Origin: an uncultured virus (IMG/VR IMGVR_UViG_3300027741_000028) | Taxonomy: Duplodnaviria; Heunggongvirae; Uroviricota; Caudoviricetes | IMG/VR virus record: IMGVR_UViG_3300027741_000028 | Reading direction: 5' to 3' (one strand) | DNA length: 58,062 nt | In this document: positions 36,500-47,095 of the stretch, one piece after another | Layout of the letters: every line of letters begins with the position of its first letter | Numbering within the stretch: position 1 is the first letter of the stretch | Program-made: the position numbers and the translations under genes | Notes under the pieces: model-generated | The model's database searches: none | Seen by the model: the letters and a program-made list of their open reading frames with translations, nothing else | Told to the model about the DNA's origin: nothing

Positions 36500-38113
36500 T
36501 TAAGCATGTGTAACTGCTACAAAAGTATTTGCCAAGGTATTATCTATACACATATATCTTACCAAAATTGATGATGTTCCTGGTATATTGTAAGTAGTTG
36601 AATTGATTGTTGAATTCAATGCACTCAAACCATGTGTAAATGTTTGATTTGTTCCTGATGCATTAACAACCCATAGAACTGTTTCTTTGCCTGCCAATAA
36701 ATTAGAAAGAGTTACAACCAAACCGGCTGTTGTATTAGCTTTTGTAACAGCTGTGTTTGCAACATCAATTGTAATTGCTGTTTGATTGCCTGGATATACG
36801 GTTGGTGTATATACGAATCCTTTTTGTGGTTCAACTCGACCACTAAAGGTTACAGAATCTGCATTAAATGATGCAACTCTTTGTATTGTATTTGATCCTG
36901 TTGGTGTATTATAAAACTCAATACGTGTTCCTCTGTTAGTATCAGAGAAATTTTCAGATGCAATAAAATCTATTTTAGTTGGACTTGATGCTGCGAATTG
37001 TGTACCAGTATAACCATTTCCAACTATACGCATTAACACATCATTGTTTGCTACAGCGCCTGGTATATCAGCAGAACCTCGGCCCATACGACCAACAACA
37101 ACAGGATATGTGGCTGCACCAAAACTATCAAGTACTAACCTTGTTACAGAATTGGCTTTACCAGTTATCTGTAACATATAATTCGTATTTGATGGCGCCA
37201 CAACGGCATAATTATTACTTGCGGTAATATTAATGAATGCCGTATTTGGATTGAAAGATGAGTTATTAAAGTCAATAAAACCTTGAGTGATAACATTACC
37301 TGTTATCGTCAAATCACCCGCAAATGTACCTGTTGTATTGGCGAGTGCAGTATTGGCCTTAGCAAACGATGCATTGGCCAAAGTTGTTGCTGAGTTAGCG
37401 GTACCGATACCAGCCAATGCCATCGCATATGCCGCATTGGCCTGTAAGAACGATGCATTTGATTGTGTATATACAAATGGTGTTGTGTTGGCTAAATCAT
37501 AAATTGTATTGGTGTATACAAATGGTGCTGCAGCAGTTGATTGTATTGAACCATCTCCATATGTAATATAAGACTGAGTGTTTAAAGTCAAACCACTGTT
37601 TGTCATTTTAGCCACAATATTACTTGAAGTTGTACCACCAACTATGAACAATACATTTGTCAATGTAGATGCGGTACCAATAACTAAGTTGCCTCCTGCA
37701 CCCGCAGTAGATGGACCAGCCACATACAAATAACCATCTAGACTTCTTGTTGCACTGAAGGATGGTTGACTATAATTTGAATTGTTAATACCCAAATCAA
37801 TATAACTGGTAGAATCTGTACCGGTATCTGCGGTAATAATCATATCGGCAGAACCATTTGATGTAAAGTTCTGCATATTAATTTGCAAATATGATGTAGA
37901 ATTACCAGCAAACTGTGCGATTGTGTTTGGAAAAACAACTGAATTGTTTCCTACATTCAACACTTCATTTGAATATAATCCTTGTGCCAATGTATGACCA
38001 GTAAACTTACCAGTTATACCTGAGGGCACATCAACTGCAACAAACAACGTGTTCTGTGTGTTTGCATTAAGTTGCGTAATTAAATTTAATTGTGATATTT
38101 TTACTGAGCTCAT
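36500..38113 (-). CDS. Fibre-like structural protein (537 aa)
   Basis: MSSVKISQL N-terminus, YIDLGIN and AN-rich helical segment; inserted between the gp7-like gene and gp8. Confidence 0.7.
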   Translation of the reverse strand: MSSVKISQLNLITQLNANTQNTLFVAVDVPSGITGKFTGHTLAQGLYSNEVLNVGNNSVVFPNTIAQFAGNSTSYLQINMQNFTSNGSADMIITADTGTDSTSYIDLGINNSNYSQPSFSATRSLDGYLYVAGPSTAGAGGNLVIGTASTLTNVLFIVGGTTSSNIVAKMTNSGLTLNTQSYITYGDGSIQSTAAAPFVYTNTIYDLANTTPFVYTQSNASFLQANAAYAMALAGIGTANSATTLANASFAKANTALANTTGTFAGDLTITGNVITQGFIDFNNSSFNPNTAFINITASNNYAVVAPSNTNYMLQITGKANSVTRLVLDSFGAATYPVVVGRMGRGSADIPGAVANNDVLMRIVGNGYTGTQFAASSPTKIDFIASENFSDTNRGTRIEFYNTPTGSNTIQRVASFNADSVTFSGRVEPQKGFVYTPTVYPGNQTAITIDVANTAVTKANTTAGLVVTLSNLLAGKETVLWVVNASGTNQTFTHGLSALNSTINSTTYNIPGTSSILVRYMCIDNTLANTFVAVTHA

Positions 38114-38121
38114 TTATTTTT

Positions 38122-41100
38122 TTACCCCACAAGGATTATGTTTCCGGCTTCTGTTACCAATGTATTTCCATCTTCTGTTATCAACTCAGGAATGTATTGT
38201 ATTCCAGTAGGACCATAAATCTTTACGTCTGTTGCAACGAATGTTCTGTTGACCGTCAAATAAGAATTTGAATTTGCTGTAAAATTACTTGCTACAACTA
38301 TTTTACCATTAACATAATCAACCGATGTGACTAAGTTACTTCCATTGTTATCAATTAAAACATAGTCGCCAGCAAATACAATGTCTTTTAATGGATATGC
38401 GGTGTTACTATAAACACCATTGTTTATAATGTCATAACCACCAGTCAATGATGTTATATTTATGACGTTAGAACCAGAATTGGCCGTCACGATAGCAACA
38501 TTTGGATATGTTAACCAATAAGTATCATCTAAAGTAATTGTATCAGCTCCTTGAGCCATCAAATCTTCTGTACTACTTTCAAGCATCAAATCTACTGTGA
38601 CACCATCTATCATTAAATCTTCAATGGATGAACCAGATACATCAATAACATCCGATATTACTTGGTAACCATTTTTATCAGTTAAAGAAACAGTGCTGCT
38701 AGTTGTTATGAAATTTTCTATGTTTGCACCAAGTAAACTATAGAATTGAACAACAGATGAACTCTTATTGGTAAAATCTGTTGACATTAAACCAAATGAA
38801 CCTGGATAACCAGTGTAATGTGCCAATGTGAAACCAGTTCTTAAACTTGATGAACCGGTTGTAATGTAATTATTACTTGATTTTAATGTATAACGACCAA
38901 GAACTTTTGTACCTGATGGGTGTAATAAGTTATACAATACATCTCTATATTTTGCAATTTCTTTATTTGCAGTTATCTGATATGTAAAGTTATTGTAATT
39001 ACTACTTTGTAAAATGTCATAAGAACTTGGTTGTCCTTGTGAATTCAAATATTGTCCTTGGCTAATTACCAAACCATCTAAGAATGATGCAGTGCCTTGT
39101 GCATTACCGTCACCGTATGTAATTACACCACTACTATTGTATGTTCTTGTATAAGGTTTTCCATTGTTATCAAGTGTTCCACTATATGAGTAAACAAATT
39201 GTGGTAAAGCTGTGTTTACCATATTCATATTAATACGATTGCCAACTTTTAATGGTGTACCGCCACTTGGTGAACCACTATAATTATATACCCTTAGGTT
39301 ATAGATACTTAAATTAGGATTATTATCATTGGATAATTTTGTTATAGAATCTACTGTTGCAGTATAAGTGGCCACGTTTGAGTTGGCACCTTGATAAACA
39401 AAATCACCTTTCTGTGGTAATGTTAATACAGATACATTTGATACTGCAATGTCTTGTACTTTTAATGAAACATTAGGTGTTGAAACATAATCTTCACCGG
39501 CATTTGTTAGTTTAATTGTTGAAACTGAACCAGCTCTATCAACAACAACAGAGAATGTGGCACCTTCACCTAATATACCTGGAACATATAGACTTGCGCC
39601 ACCTGCCTGTGTATTGGCTGAATTTACAGAAAGAACAGGTAAGTTGGATGTTTTATAACCCATACCACCTAATGGATATATGCCTGATGTACTATAAACA
39701 TATGATACACCAGTAATTGCACCGGTGCCACTGACTGAAGTTACATTTGCAGCGGCACCTGAACCTGGTCCACCCAAGAAAACAATCTTATCATTTGCTT
39801 GATAACCATTTCCGCCGCTGACAATTTGAATTGGTGCTAATATACCAAGTGCTGCTAAAAATACTGTGTTTGCACTGGTTTCACCTTGGTATACAGATGC
39901 CGCAGATACTGAAGGTGTCTGTGATATGCCACCGCCACCATTTTTAACAGATACGGATGATATTGGATAGGTGGCGAATGATACAAAAGTAAGCGCATCG
40001 GATATTTTTACATTAGCTATATTTGATGTAATAGCAACGTTAGCAAAAGAAAAATTGGTGTTACTTAGTGTTATGAATCTTTTGAGTGCAATACTATCAA
40101 TAGGAATTAATGCAACATTGGCACCTCCTGCTGAATTTAATGTTGCCACATTAGCAATAGCACCAGTTGCATTGGTAATTGATATAACTGTATTTGGATC
40201 GGCTCTATATCCATATCCACCATTGACCACGTTAATACGTTGAATGGAACCTGTTGTGGTGGTAGAAACTAATGCTGATGCACCGATAGCTGTGTTTGAA
40301 TTTAACCCACCATAGATGATAACAGGGTCACCTGGTTGATATAGTAGACCTCTGTTAGTTGGACTAACTTTAACTTGACTGATTTGGCCAACAATCTTTG
40401 CACGTAATGATTGACCATTAAACAATACAGTTTGATTTCTATTATCTACAACACGTACAAATTCACCTGATTGAAACAGACGTTCAATATTTGAAATAAA
40501 AATTTCCGTTTTTGTACCAGAAACTGTAGATGCTTCAACAGTTGCAACAGATTTAGTTGTTTCTCCAAACAATCTAAGAGAACCATTTATTGGATCGTTT
40601 AATTTCAACCAATTAGTATCAGATGAGGCTAATTTTAAACTTTTTGCAACATACCATTTACCATCAGATGCCTTTAGAATGGCATCTTTTGTATTGAAGT
40701 AATCAAAGTCTGAATTGTATAGTATTTTAAAAAGAAATTTATAAGAAGCTGGTGTACCTTTAGATTGGTATAATTGTCTTGCAAACTTTATCGCTTCTCT
40801 TTTGTCAACCAATATATCATTAGGAAAATATGGTAAGAAATCATTGGTGTAGTAATCAATAAAGCCATCAATCGTTGAGTCAACATCCGAATAGTTGGTT
40901 AAATTTTTTGATGCGTATGTTAGACCTTGACCTGTTGTATTGGCTGTAGTGATTGATGAGTTGGCTGCATTAGCCAGTTCCATCCATTCATAATATGCTT
41001 TAAGGAAAAGAGAAAAGTTTTGGTAATCCGGATTGTCACGGACAAATCCTGGTAGTTGCGATTCTACCAGTGTTGAAATTCTTTTATCTTCTACTATCAT
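38122..41100 (-). CDS. Baseplate wedge initiator, gp7-like
   Basis: QLPGFVR...FLKAYYEW, LYQSKGTPASYKFLFKILY, ILKASDGKW and LLHPSG motifs; follows gp6. Confidence 0.75.
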   Translation of the reverse strand: MIVEDKRISTLVESQLPGFVRDNPDYQNFSLFLKAYYEWMELANAANSSITTANTTGQGLTYASKNLTNYSDVDSTIDGFIDYYTNDFLPYFPNDILVDKREAIKFARQLYQSKGTPASYKFLFKILYNSDFDYFNTKDAILKASDGKWYVAKSLKLASSDTNWLKLNDPINGSLRLFGETTKSVATVEASTVSGTKTEIFISNIERLFQSGEFVRVVDNRNQTVLFNGQSLRAKIVGQISQVKVSPTNRGLLYQPGDPVIIYGGLNSNTAIGASALVSTTTTGSIQRINVVNGGYGYRADPNTVISITNATGAIANVATLNSAGGANVALIPIDSIALKRFITLSNTNFSFANVAITSNIANVKISDALTFVSFATYPISSVSVKNGGGGISQTPSVSAASVYQGETSANTVFLAALGILAPIQIVSGGNGYQANDKIVFLGGPGSGAAANVTSVSGTGAITGVSYVYSTSGIYPLGGMGYKTSNLPVLSVNSANTQAGGASLYVPGILGEGATFSVVVDRAGSVSTIKLTNAGEDYVSTPNVSLKVQDIAVSNVSVLTLPQKGDFVYQGANSNVATYTATVDSITKLSNDNNPNLSIYNLRVYNYSGSPSGGTPLKVGNRINMNMVNTALPQFVYSYSGTLDNNGKPYTRTYNSSGVITYGDGNAQGTASFLDGLVISQGQYLNSQGQPSSYDILQSSNYNNFTYQITANKEIAKYRDVLYNLLHPSGTKVLGRYTLKSSNNYITTGSSSLRTGFTLAHYTGYPGSFGLMSTDFTNKSSSVVQFYSLLGANIENFITTSSTVSLTDKNGYQVISDVIDVSGSSIEDLMIDGVTVDLMLESSTEDLMAQGADTITLDDTYWLTYPNVAIVTANSGSNVINITSLTGGYDIINNGVYSNTAYPLKDIVFAGDYVLIDNNGSNLVTSVDYVNGKIVVASNFTANSNSYLTVNRTFVATDVKIYGPTGIQYIPELITEDGNTLVTEAGNIILVG

Positions 41101-43178
41101 GTTGTTTTGGCAGTTACATTAACAACAATCGCACCAGGATCATAAGGGTCTACAGTAATAATTCTATTGTATGAAGATGATAAGATACTTGTTGTTGGAT
41201 TGGCAGAAATGGTTAATTGACCTAAAGGATTATCAACTTGTAATGGACCAAAAGAATTCAAGGTTACAATACCATTATTATAATCGACTGTTCCTATAGC
41301 TGGATCAAAGATTGTCTTTACATTATCTGTATTGTTATAATAAGTTCTTAGTGTTCCATATTGACCCATTAAATTAACAACAACTGCACCAAGATTACCA
41401 GTTGTATCACCAGATGATGTTGTGATAGTTGCAATCGCACTGGTATAATTATTGCCGGCAGTTAAAACATCAATACGCTTAATAGTACCATCAACATTTA
41501 AAACAGCCGATGCAGTTGCACCTGTACCATCACCTTTAATGGTAACTGTTGGTGCATATTGATAACCATAACCGTGGTTAATAACTGTGATAGAATCTAC
41601 ACCACCTGTTGATGATGGAATTTCTTCAATGTAAATGCCATCAATGATGTTTGTAAGGTTTAATTTGTCTCTAAATTGTACAGCAGGAGAACTATTAACA
41701 CCACTTAAAAACATACCTTTTTTCAATGGTGCTCCGTAATAGAACTTGTATGTTGTTGGTGTGGTTAAATTTGGATAGAATTTTTTCTGTACCTGTAAAG
41801 TAATTTCGTTTGTTATGATTGCAGGATTACTATAGTTAATTGCATCTGTAAAATTTGTTGCAACAAATGTAGAATTGAAAGTATTCAAAGAAGTTTGTGA
41901 CAAGTTAAAAATAGCCGTTCTTACATTTTCTTTAATTTGTGCAGCAGTCAATGATGTTTTCTTTGGATCATAATAAACATTTGCAGTAATCTGGATGTAA
42001 GTATAGTCCGGATCAACCAAAGTTGGTACGACAGTCATCATAGAAATAGGTTTAATAACCTCTTCAATTATCTTTTGTTTCTGTATTTGAGTTAAAGAAT
42101 AACCGCCTGCTGGTTTAATTGATGCAAATACTTGTCCATAAATTGGTGGATTATTTTCTTGGCCACCCCAAACATTAACGGCATCAAAAGAATAACCCAA
42201 ATTGTTTTGTTGTATTGCAGTGATGTAATCTTCTTTTGTAACGGCACGACCTTGTGATGCATAGTTCTTAGGTGCTTGTAATTTGATTGAAGGTATTGAT
42301 TCTCTTGCCGAACCTTTTGATGCGGCAGATACTGATTGTATGCTTGTATTTCCATAACCACCAATAGAATCCATCAAAACAAAATTGTTTGCCAGATATG
42401 CCGATGATCCGGATGTTTTTAAATAAGATATAATAACTATGTTACCATCAACTAATTTTTTACCAAGAACACCGTCACCAAAATAAACTTCATAATAACC
42501 CTCTAAACCTTCTTGCAAGAAGTATACAGTTGAATTTTCATTAATTGTTAACTGATTTGTCGATAGAGTATATGTTTGTGTTAAATTATTTGATGATGAT
42601 GTTTGAACTGATACAACTATAGTACTTGTATCGACATTAGTATTTGGTACCTTAAAAAGACAAGTTGGATTAGTTACAGAATCAACCACAAATGAATTTG
42701 TTACTGGTGTTCCTTGTCTGATTGGTAGGTTGTTGTAGACCGCTTGGTTGTTTACAACATTCACTGTTACCGAATCTGTTGTTACGAAATCATAATTTAT
42801 ACCATCAACTGCCTCTGACATGAATTTTGTAAATTTTGGTAGTGTCAAAGAAGAATCAATAACTTGGTTTACTGTAAGATTAATATTAGCTTCTGGTGCT
42901 CTTACACTTTTTGGTAAATAATTTAATAATTTGGCATGAGAAACAACTGAATTTCTTAACAGAGCCGAATCCAAAAACATTTCATTCGCAACCATATTCA
43001 GATAAAATGAATTATATTGCGTGTTATATGCCAAAACATCCAATAAAACGCTTAAGGCTGAACCATCATAGTTATAATCTTTTAAAGTGTCTTGTGATTG
43101 TAGGAACGTTCTTAGATTGTTTTTAATATTATTAAAATCTAAATCTGTTACCTGTATATTTGAATTAGCACCAGCCAT
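41097..43178 (-). CDS. gp6: Baseplate wedge subunit
   Basis: DLDFNNIKNNL, LDVLAYNT, NEMFLDSA, YEVYFGDG and QGRAVTKEDY motifs. Confidence 0.93.
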   Translation of the reverse strand: MAGANSNIQVTDLDFNNIKNNLRTFLQSQDTLKDYNYDGSALSVLLDVLAYNTQYNSFYLNMVANEMFLDSALLRNSVVSHAKLLNYLPKSVRAPEANINLTVNQVIDSSLTLPKFTKFMSEAVDGINYDFVTTDSVTVNVVNNQAVYNNLPIRQGTPVTNSFVVDSVTNPTCLFKVPNTNVDTSTIVVSVQTSSSNNLTQTYTLSTNQLTINENSTVYFLQEGLEGYYEVYFGDGVLGKKLVDGNIVIISYLKTSGSSAYLANNFVLMDSIGGYGNTSIQSVSAASKGSARESIPSIKLQAPKNYASQGRAVTKEDYITAIQQNNLGYSFDAVNVWGGQENNPPIYGQVFASIKPAGGYSLTQIQKQKIIEEVIKPISMMTVVPTLVDPDYTYIQITANVYYDPKKTSLTAAQIKENVRTAIFNLSQTSLNTFNSTFVATNFTDAINYSNPAIITNEITLQVQKKFYPNLTTPTTYKFYYGAPLKKGMFLSGVNSSPAVQFRDKLNLTNIIDGIYIEEIPSSTGGVDSITVINHGYGYQYAPTVTIKGDGTGATASAVLNVDGTIKRIDVLTAGNNYTSAIATITTSSGDTTGNLGAVVVNLMGQYGTLRTYYNNTDNVKTIFDPAIGTVDYNNGIVTLNSFGPLQVDNPLGQLTISANPTTSILSSSYNRIITVDPYDPGAIVVNVTAKTT

Positions 43179-43179
43179 T

Positions 43180-43572
43180 TTATCTGTTTCTCTCTAAAAG
43201 AATTGTTATTGTTGTTGGTAGAGTTGCATTTTGGAGGTAATAACTCAAATAAACATTGTAAGCATTTTTGTCAGGTAACGGTGTAACTATTACTTCATTT
43301 AAAATGGCTCTTGGTTCATAATTTTTTATTAAATTGGATATCTCAAATTCTAATGCGTTTGCGGTTATTGGAGATATCAATTCAAACAACAAGTGGTTGA
43401 CATTTGATCCAAGGTTTGGGTTCCAAAGCCTTTCAAAACGATTGGTTTGTAGTAAATTTTTAATTGAACGTGAAACCGATTGTGCATCATAACTAAGTGC
43501 GATATCCCCCGTCACCGGTTTCTTGGTGAACATGAAATCTATATCTGAGTATATTTTTTGTAAGGTTGCCAT
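43180..43572 (-). CDS. gp25: Baseplate wedge / sheath initiator
   Basis: YSDID...SIKNLLQT...ER...P.LGS...LLFE...NYEPR, GPW/gp25 family pattern. Confidence 0.92.
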   Translation of the reverse strand: MATLQKIYSDIDFMFTKKPVTGDIALSYDAQSVSRSIKNLLQTNRFERLWNPNLGSNVNHLLFELISPITANALEFEISNLIKNYEPRAILNEVIVTPLPDKNAYNVYLSYYLQNATLPTTITILLERNR

Positions 43573-43661
43573 TCTTTATTTATCGCAAAAGTAAAACGCT
43601 TTTTTGGACTTTTGAAGCTGTCGGAGAAAATTCTTGGGCCGGAACGCAAAATTTCGATTTT

Positions 43662-44537
43662 TTAGGTATTTGCATTTAACCTTGAAAGTAGTTTAGGTGA
43701 TCCTATACGTTCTTGTATTAACTTGTTATGAGTTTGTCCCATGTTACTAAATTGTGAAACATGGTTATAATCATTCACAACCGCTTGAGAATTTTGAAAA
43801 AATGCAGTGTCGCTGGTTCTGGACACATACATTGTGTTAAAAATTGCAGCCATATTGTTATCCAGACTTTGTGCATTAGACAAACTTATGTTTGAAGTGT
43901 AAGATTCTGATGGAGGAGATATAACCACCGAATGTGTTATACTATTTTTCAATATCACCAAAAGTGGCGTGGTATTTGCAACCAACGGATCCAAAGTATT
44001 CTGTGTGTATAAACTTGTAAAACATCCAATAACTGGTGAATTATTTTGTATTCCATCTGTTTGATTTGTAAGATAACTTAAAAGTGTACCATATCCAGTT
44101 GCTGTTTGGTAGTGTGGCACAGACATATTTGCATCCATATCAACTACATTCGACAAACGATTGGTAATGTATACGCATTTATCATATTCCGAGGTGATAG
44201 ATAATTGCGTATTTGAATAACCAATAGATATTGCGTTGGTCATCGTGTTGGCCAACAATGCTGTAATAGTTCCAGTACTTCCAGTTATTGATATATTATT
44301 TGAAACCATGTTCATCATCGTATTTGCAACAATATTTACATTTGATAGTGTAGTTGCCATTGGATTCTGAAAATAACCATCAGTATTGGATTCTGCAACG
44401 TCTTTTGTTTGCCAATCATTCATCCAAGGAGGTATGAACTTCATTTGTGTTAAAAGGTCTGGATCCAATGGTTGTACCATTGAATTTGCTACTGGATTTG
44501 ATGCATTAAATCCTAATCTTCCGTATACGCTAGCCAT
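43662..44537 (-). CDS. Hypothetical protein (291 aa)
   Basis: Long ORF with SD (AGGA) between the gp5 C-terminal gene and gp25; no motif recognised. Confidence 0.7.
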   Translation of the reverse strand: MASVYGRLGFNASNPVANSMVQPLDPDLLTQMKFIPPWMNDWQTKDVAESNTDGYFQNPMATTLSNVNIVANTMMNMVSNNISITGSTGTITALLANTMTNAISIGYSNTQLSITSEYDKCVYITNRLSNVVDMDANMSVPHYQTATGYGTLLSYLTNQTDGIQNNSPVIGCFTSLYTQNTLDPLVANTTPLLVILKNSITHSVVISPPSESYTSNISLSNAQSLDNNMAAIFNTMYVSRTSDTAFFQNSQAVVNDYNHVSQFSNMGQTHNKLIQERIGSPKLLSRLNANT

Positions 44538-44568
44538 ATTATATTCCTATCATTTTTATCATATTAAG

Positions 44569-45486
44569 TTAAGAGAATGATGCTTTAGTTTCTCCGGTAC
44601 CTACCCAAGGTGATGTAGCACCTAGCGGAGCAATGTGAAAGTGTAATTTTCTCAAAATTGAGTTAACAATGTCACTTTTTAGAATTGATCCTGATATTAT
44701 TGAGGATGAATAAGTTGCTGACATTATTGTGTAAGACGTAATAGGACCGACACAGGTAATACTACCAGGAACGGCTACAGGTAATCCAACACCAATACCA
44801 CCAGTACCATGTACAACTAATCCTGCATTTCCACCTGGTAAACCTGCGATTGCTGCTACTGCTTGTAGTCCTGAAGCACCAATACTCATTCCAGAACCGG
44901 CATCTACACGACTTAAAGCAACAAGCTTGGCACACATAATTTCTCCACCGACTACTAAGTCCGCACCCATAACAACAGAAGTTGATGAATTAATTTCCAA
45001 ACTTCCAGTTAAAGAAGAACCACCATTAATTTGCATATCACCAAAAGAAGTTACTGTAGATGTTTTTTCAACTGTTTGTGTGTAATGTCCTTTGATGTGT
45101 TGTTCAAAGTTACCATCAATTTGTTCAATTTTATCACCTTTGACATTCATATAACAATCACCATAAACCGTGATGTTTAATTTTTTAGCAAGGTTGCCAT
45201 CATCAATACCAATCTTAATATTGTGGTCACCTAAAGTTATTGAATAACCATTACCAACAATTTTATGAACATATTCACCTGTAGGATGCATTTCAATGAA
45301 TGTTCCTTTTCCGTGTTGAAGGCGAATTCTTTCTCTTGTTGGAGTGTCATCCATCTCAAATGAATGTCCGGCTCTTGTTGCGGTGATATTATTATATGGA
45401 TAAACTGGTTGATAATTTGTATTTGCAGCAGATTCCGGTTCTGTCCAAGCTGTTACAAAATCTGGTTTATATTGTTCATGTGACAT
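44569..45486 (-). CDS. gp5: Baseplate central spike, gp5 C-terminal beta-helix part
   Basis: YPYNN...GHSFEMDDTP.RERIRLQH.KGTFIEMHP followed by beta-helix repeats and a terminal HFH. Confidence 0.85.
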   Translation of the reverse strand: MSHEQYKPDFVTAWTEPESAANTNYQPVYPYNNITATRAGHSFEMDDTPTRERIRLQHGKGTFIEMHPTGEYVHKIVGNGYSITLGDHNIKIGIDDGNLAKKLNITVYGDCYMNVKGDKIEQIDGNFEQHIKGHYTQTVEKTSTVTSFGDMQINGGSSLTGSLEINSSTSVVMGADLVVGGEIMCAKLVALSRVDAGSGMSIGASGLQAVAAIAGLPGGNAGLVVHGTGGIGVGLPVAVPGSITCVGPITSYTIMSATYSSSIISGSILKSDIVNSILRKLHFHIAPLGATSPWVGTGETKASFS

Positions 45487-45499
45487 TATATTAAAGCTT

Positions 45500-46723
45500 T
45501 CATGGTGATTTTGTCATTGTTTTAGGGTCCATTAACGTGGCAGTATAATTTGAAATTATTGATTGTTTTTCTGCCAAATGTTCTTTTAAGCTGGTTTCAA
45601 TAGTCTCAGTTGATGACATGGCTGTTGTAACACTATCAGGTTGGCTAAAAGCTTGTGCAACAGCATCTGGCATACTACTATTTGTTGTATTGATATTTGC
45701 TGCATCCAATGCTAATTGACCAGCTTGTGTAAATTCATTGGCGATATTAGTAAGTTGAGAAGTTGTCAAACTAGAAATTTGGTCTGGTATAGATTTAATT
45801 TGATTTGCAACTTGTGTTATTGAAGCACCAAATTGATTCAAACAATTTTGTAATAGTTGTTGTAATTTTGCTGGTAGCGTTTTAATCCAATTGATTAATT
45901 GTATAATCTGTTGAGCAAGAAATACATATTCTAAAACAGCTTCAACTGCAGCAGCAACTCTTTTTACTGCTGAATTAATTTGTGCTGCAATTGCTTTTAA
46001 CGCAGAAATATTGAACGAAAATATTCCGGTTGCATCCAAACCCAAAACAGTAATAGTGGCATTTAATGCAGTTCTTATTGCTGTAACAGCTTCCTGTATA
46101 AGTTTTCTCAATGTATTAGTGGCTTTTAATTTTGCATTTTTAATTGCATCTCTTATAGCAGTTACTGGATTCACTAAACCTACTTGTGCCAGAATTGAAT
46201 TAAGGTCAGGAAAAATGAATTTAAAGTCACAAACATGGTCTAAATTACCATTTAACAAATCTATGATAGAACCTTTTACATATCCTCTGGATAAAGCAGA
46301 AGTTGACTGTACACCAACTTTAAATGTATAGAAAGTAGAATAAGGATCAATTACTGGTACAACTTTTCCATCTTTAATTACACTTTTTGGAAGATTTACT
46401 GCTGTTAATATGTTTCTATTGGTTTCATTTATAAATGTTTGTGCTGCTGATTGGCTTGCTGCTGTTGGACTACCATAAATGTTTGCTTGAGTTTGTCCAT
46501 AACCAGTTGTTGTCGCATTTACGAGTCCTTGGCTTGCTTGGCCTCCTGCAATTGCATTAGCGATTGATTCGGATGGTGACAATAATGGTGTTGTAGTAGT
46601 AGTAGTAGTTGTTGTAGATGGTGACCCCAAATTCGTACTAGTAATAGTAGTTTGAGAGGTTACTGGAGCTGAAACTACGCTCGAAACTACCTCTGCACCA
46701 GTTGTTGTTGTCGTTGGTATCAT
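45500..46723 (-). CDS. Hypothetical protein between the two gp5 parts (407 aa)
   Basis: Thr/Ser-rich N-terminus, an HVCD motif and a long amphipathic helical region. Confidence 0.7.
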   Translation of the reverse strand: MIPTTTTTGAEVVSSVVSAPVTSQTTITSTNLGSPSTTTTTTTTTPLLSPSESIANAIAGGQASQGLVNATTTGYGQTQANIYGSPTAASQSAAQTFINETNRNILTAVNLPKSVIKDGKVVPVIDPYSTFYTFKVGVQSTSALSRGYVKGSIIDLLNGNLDHVCDFKFIFPDLNSILAQVGLVNPVTAIRDAIKNAKLKATNTLRKLIQEAVTAIRTALNATITVLGLDATGIFSFNISALKAIAAQINSAVKRVAAAVEAVLEYVFLAQQIIQLINWIKTLPAKLQQLLQNCLNQFGASITQVANQIKSIPDQISSLTTSQLTNIANEFTQAGQLALDAANINTTNSSMPDAVAQAFSQPDSVTTAMSSTETIETSLKEHLAEKQSIISNYTATLMDPKTMTKSP

Positions 46724-46734
46724 TTTTATTCCTA

Positions 46735-47067
46735 TTATTTGTAAGATTTAATAAATGGATTTGATGCTCTATAACCAGGCAACATTCCCATCATTATAGG
46801 AAATTGACCTGCCATTCCATCCATGAAAAAACCCACAACCCAATCGTCCAATTCAGGTGCTGAAAAACTTTTAGTGCCATTTATAGGCACTAATGGTAGA
46901 GCCCATGGTAAATCTGTTACTGGTATCTTAAGCAACGCTTCGGGAGAGCCATCGTCATGCCAACCAAATATTCTCACCTGACAACGGCCAAGGCCTAATG
47001 GGTCGAATGTGTTTACAATCACGCCAACCCACCAAATAAAATTGTCTTTACCTAAAAAATTCTGCAT
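46735..47067 (-). CDS. gp5: gp5 N-terminal OB-fold domain as a stand-alone gene (110 aa)
   Basis: WWVGVI...DPLGLGRCQVRIFGWH...DLPWA...WVVGFFMDG...QFPIMMG. Confidence 0.88.
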   Translation of the reverse strand: MQNFLGKDNFIWWVGVIVNTFDPLGLGRCQVRIFGWHDDGSPEALLKIPVTDLPWALPLVPINGTKSFSAPELDDWVVGFFMDGMAGQFPIMMGMLPGYRASNPFIKSYK

Positions 47068-47095
47068 TTTTCTATCCTAAAATAATATATAGTCA

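Noticed and set aside
46588..46620. GTA/GTT trinucleotide microsatellite as a phase-variation switch
   Set aside because: It encodes an in-frame poly-Thr linker, so slippage would not change the frame.
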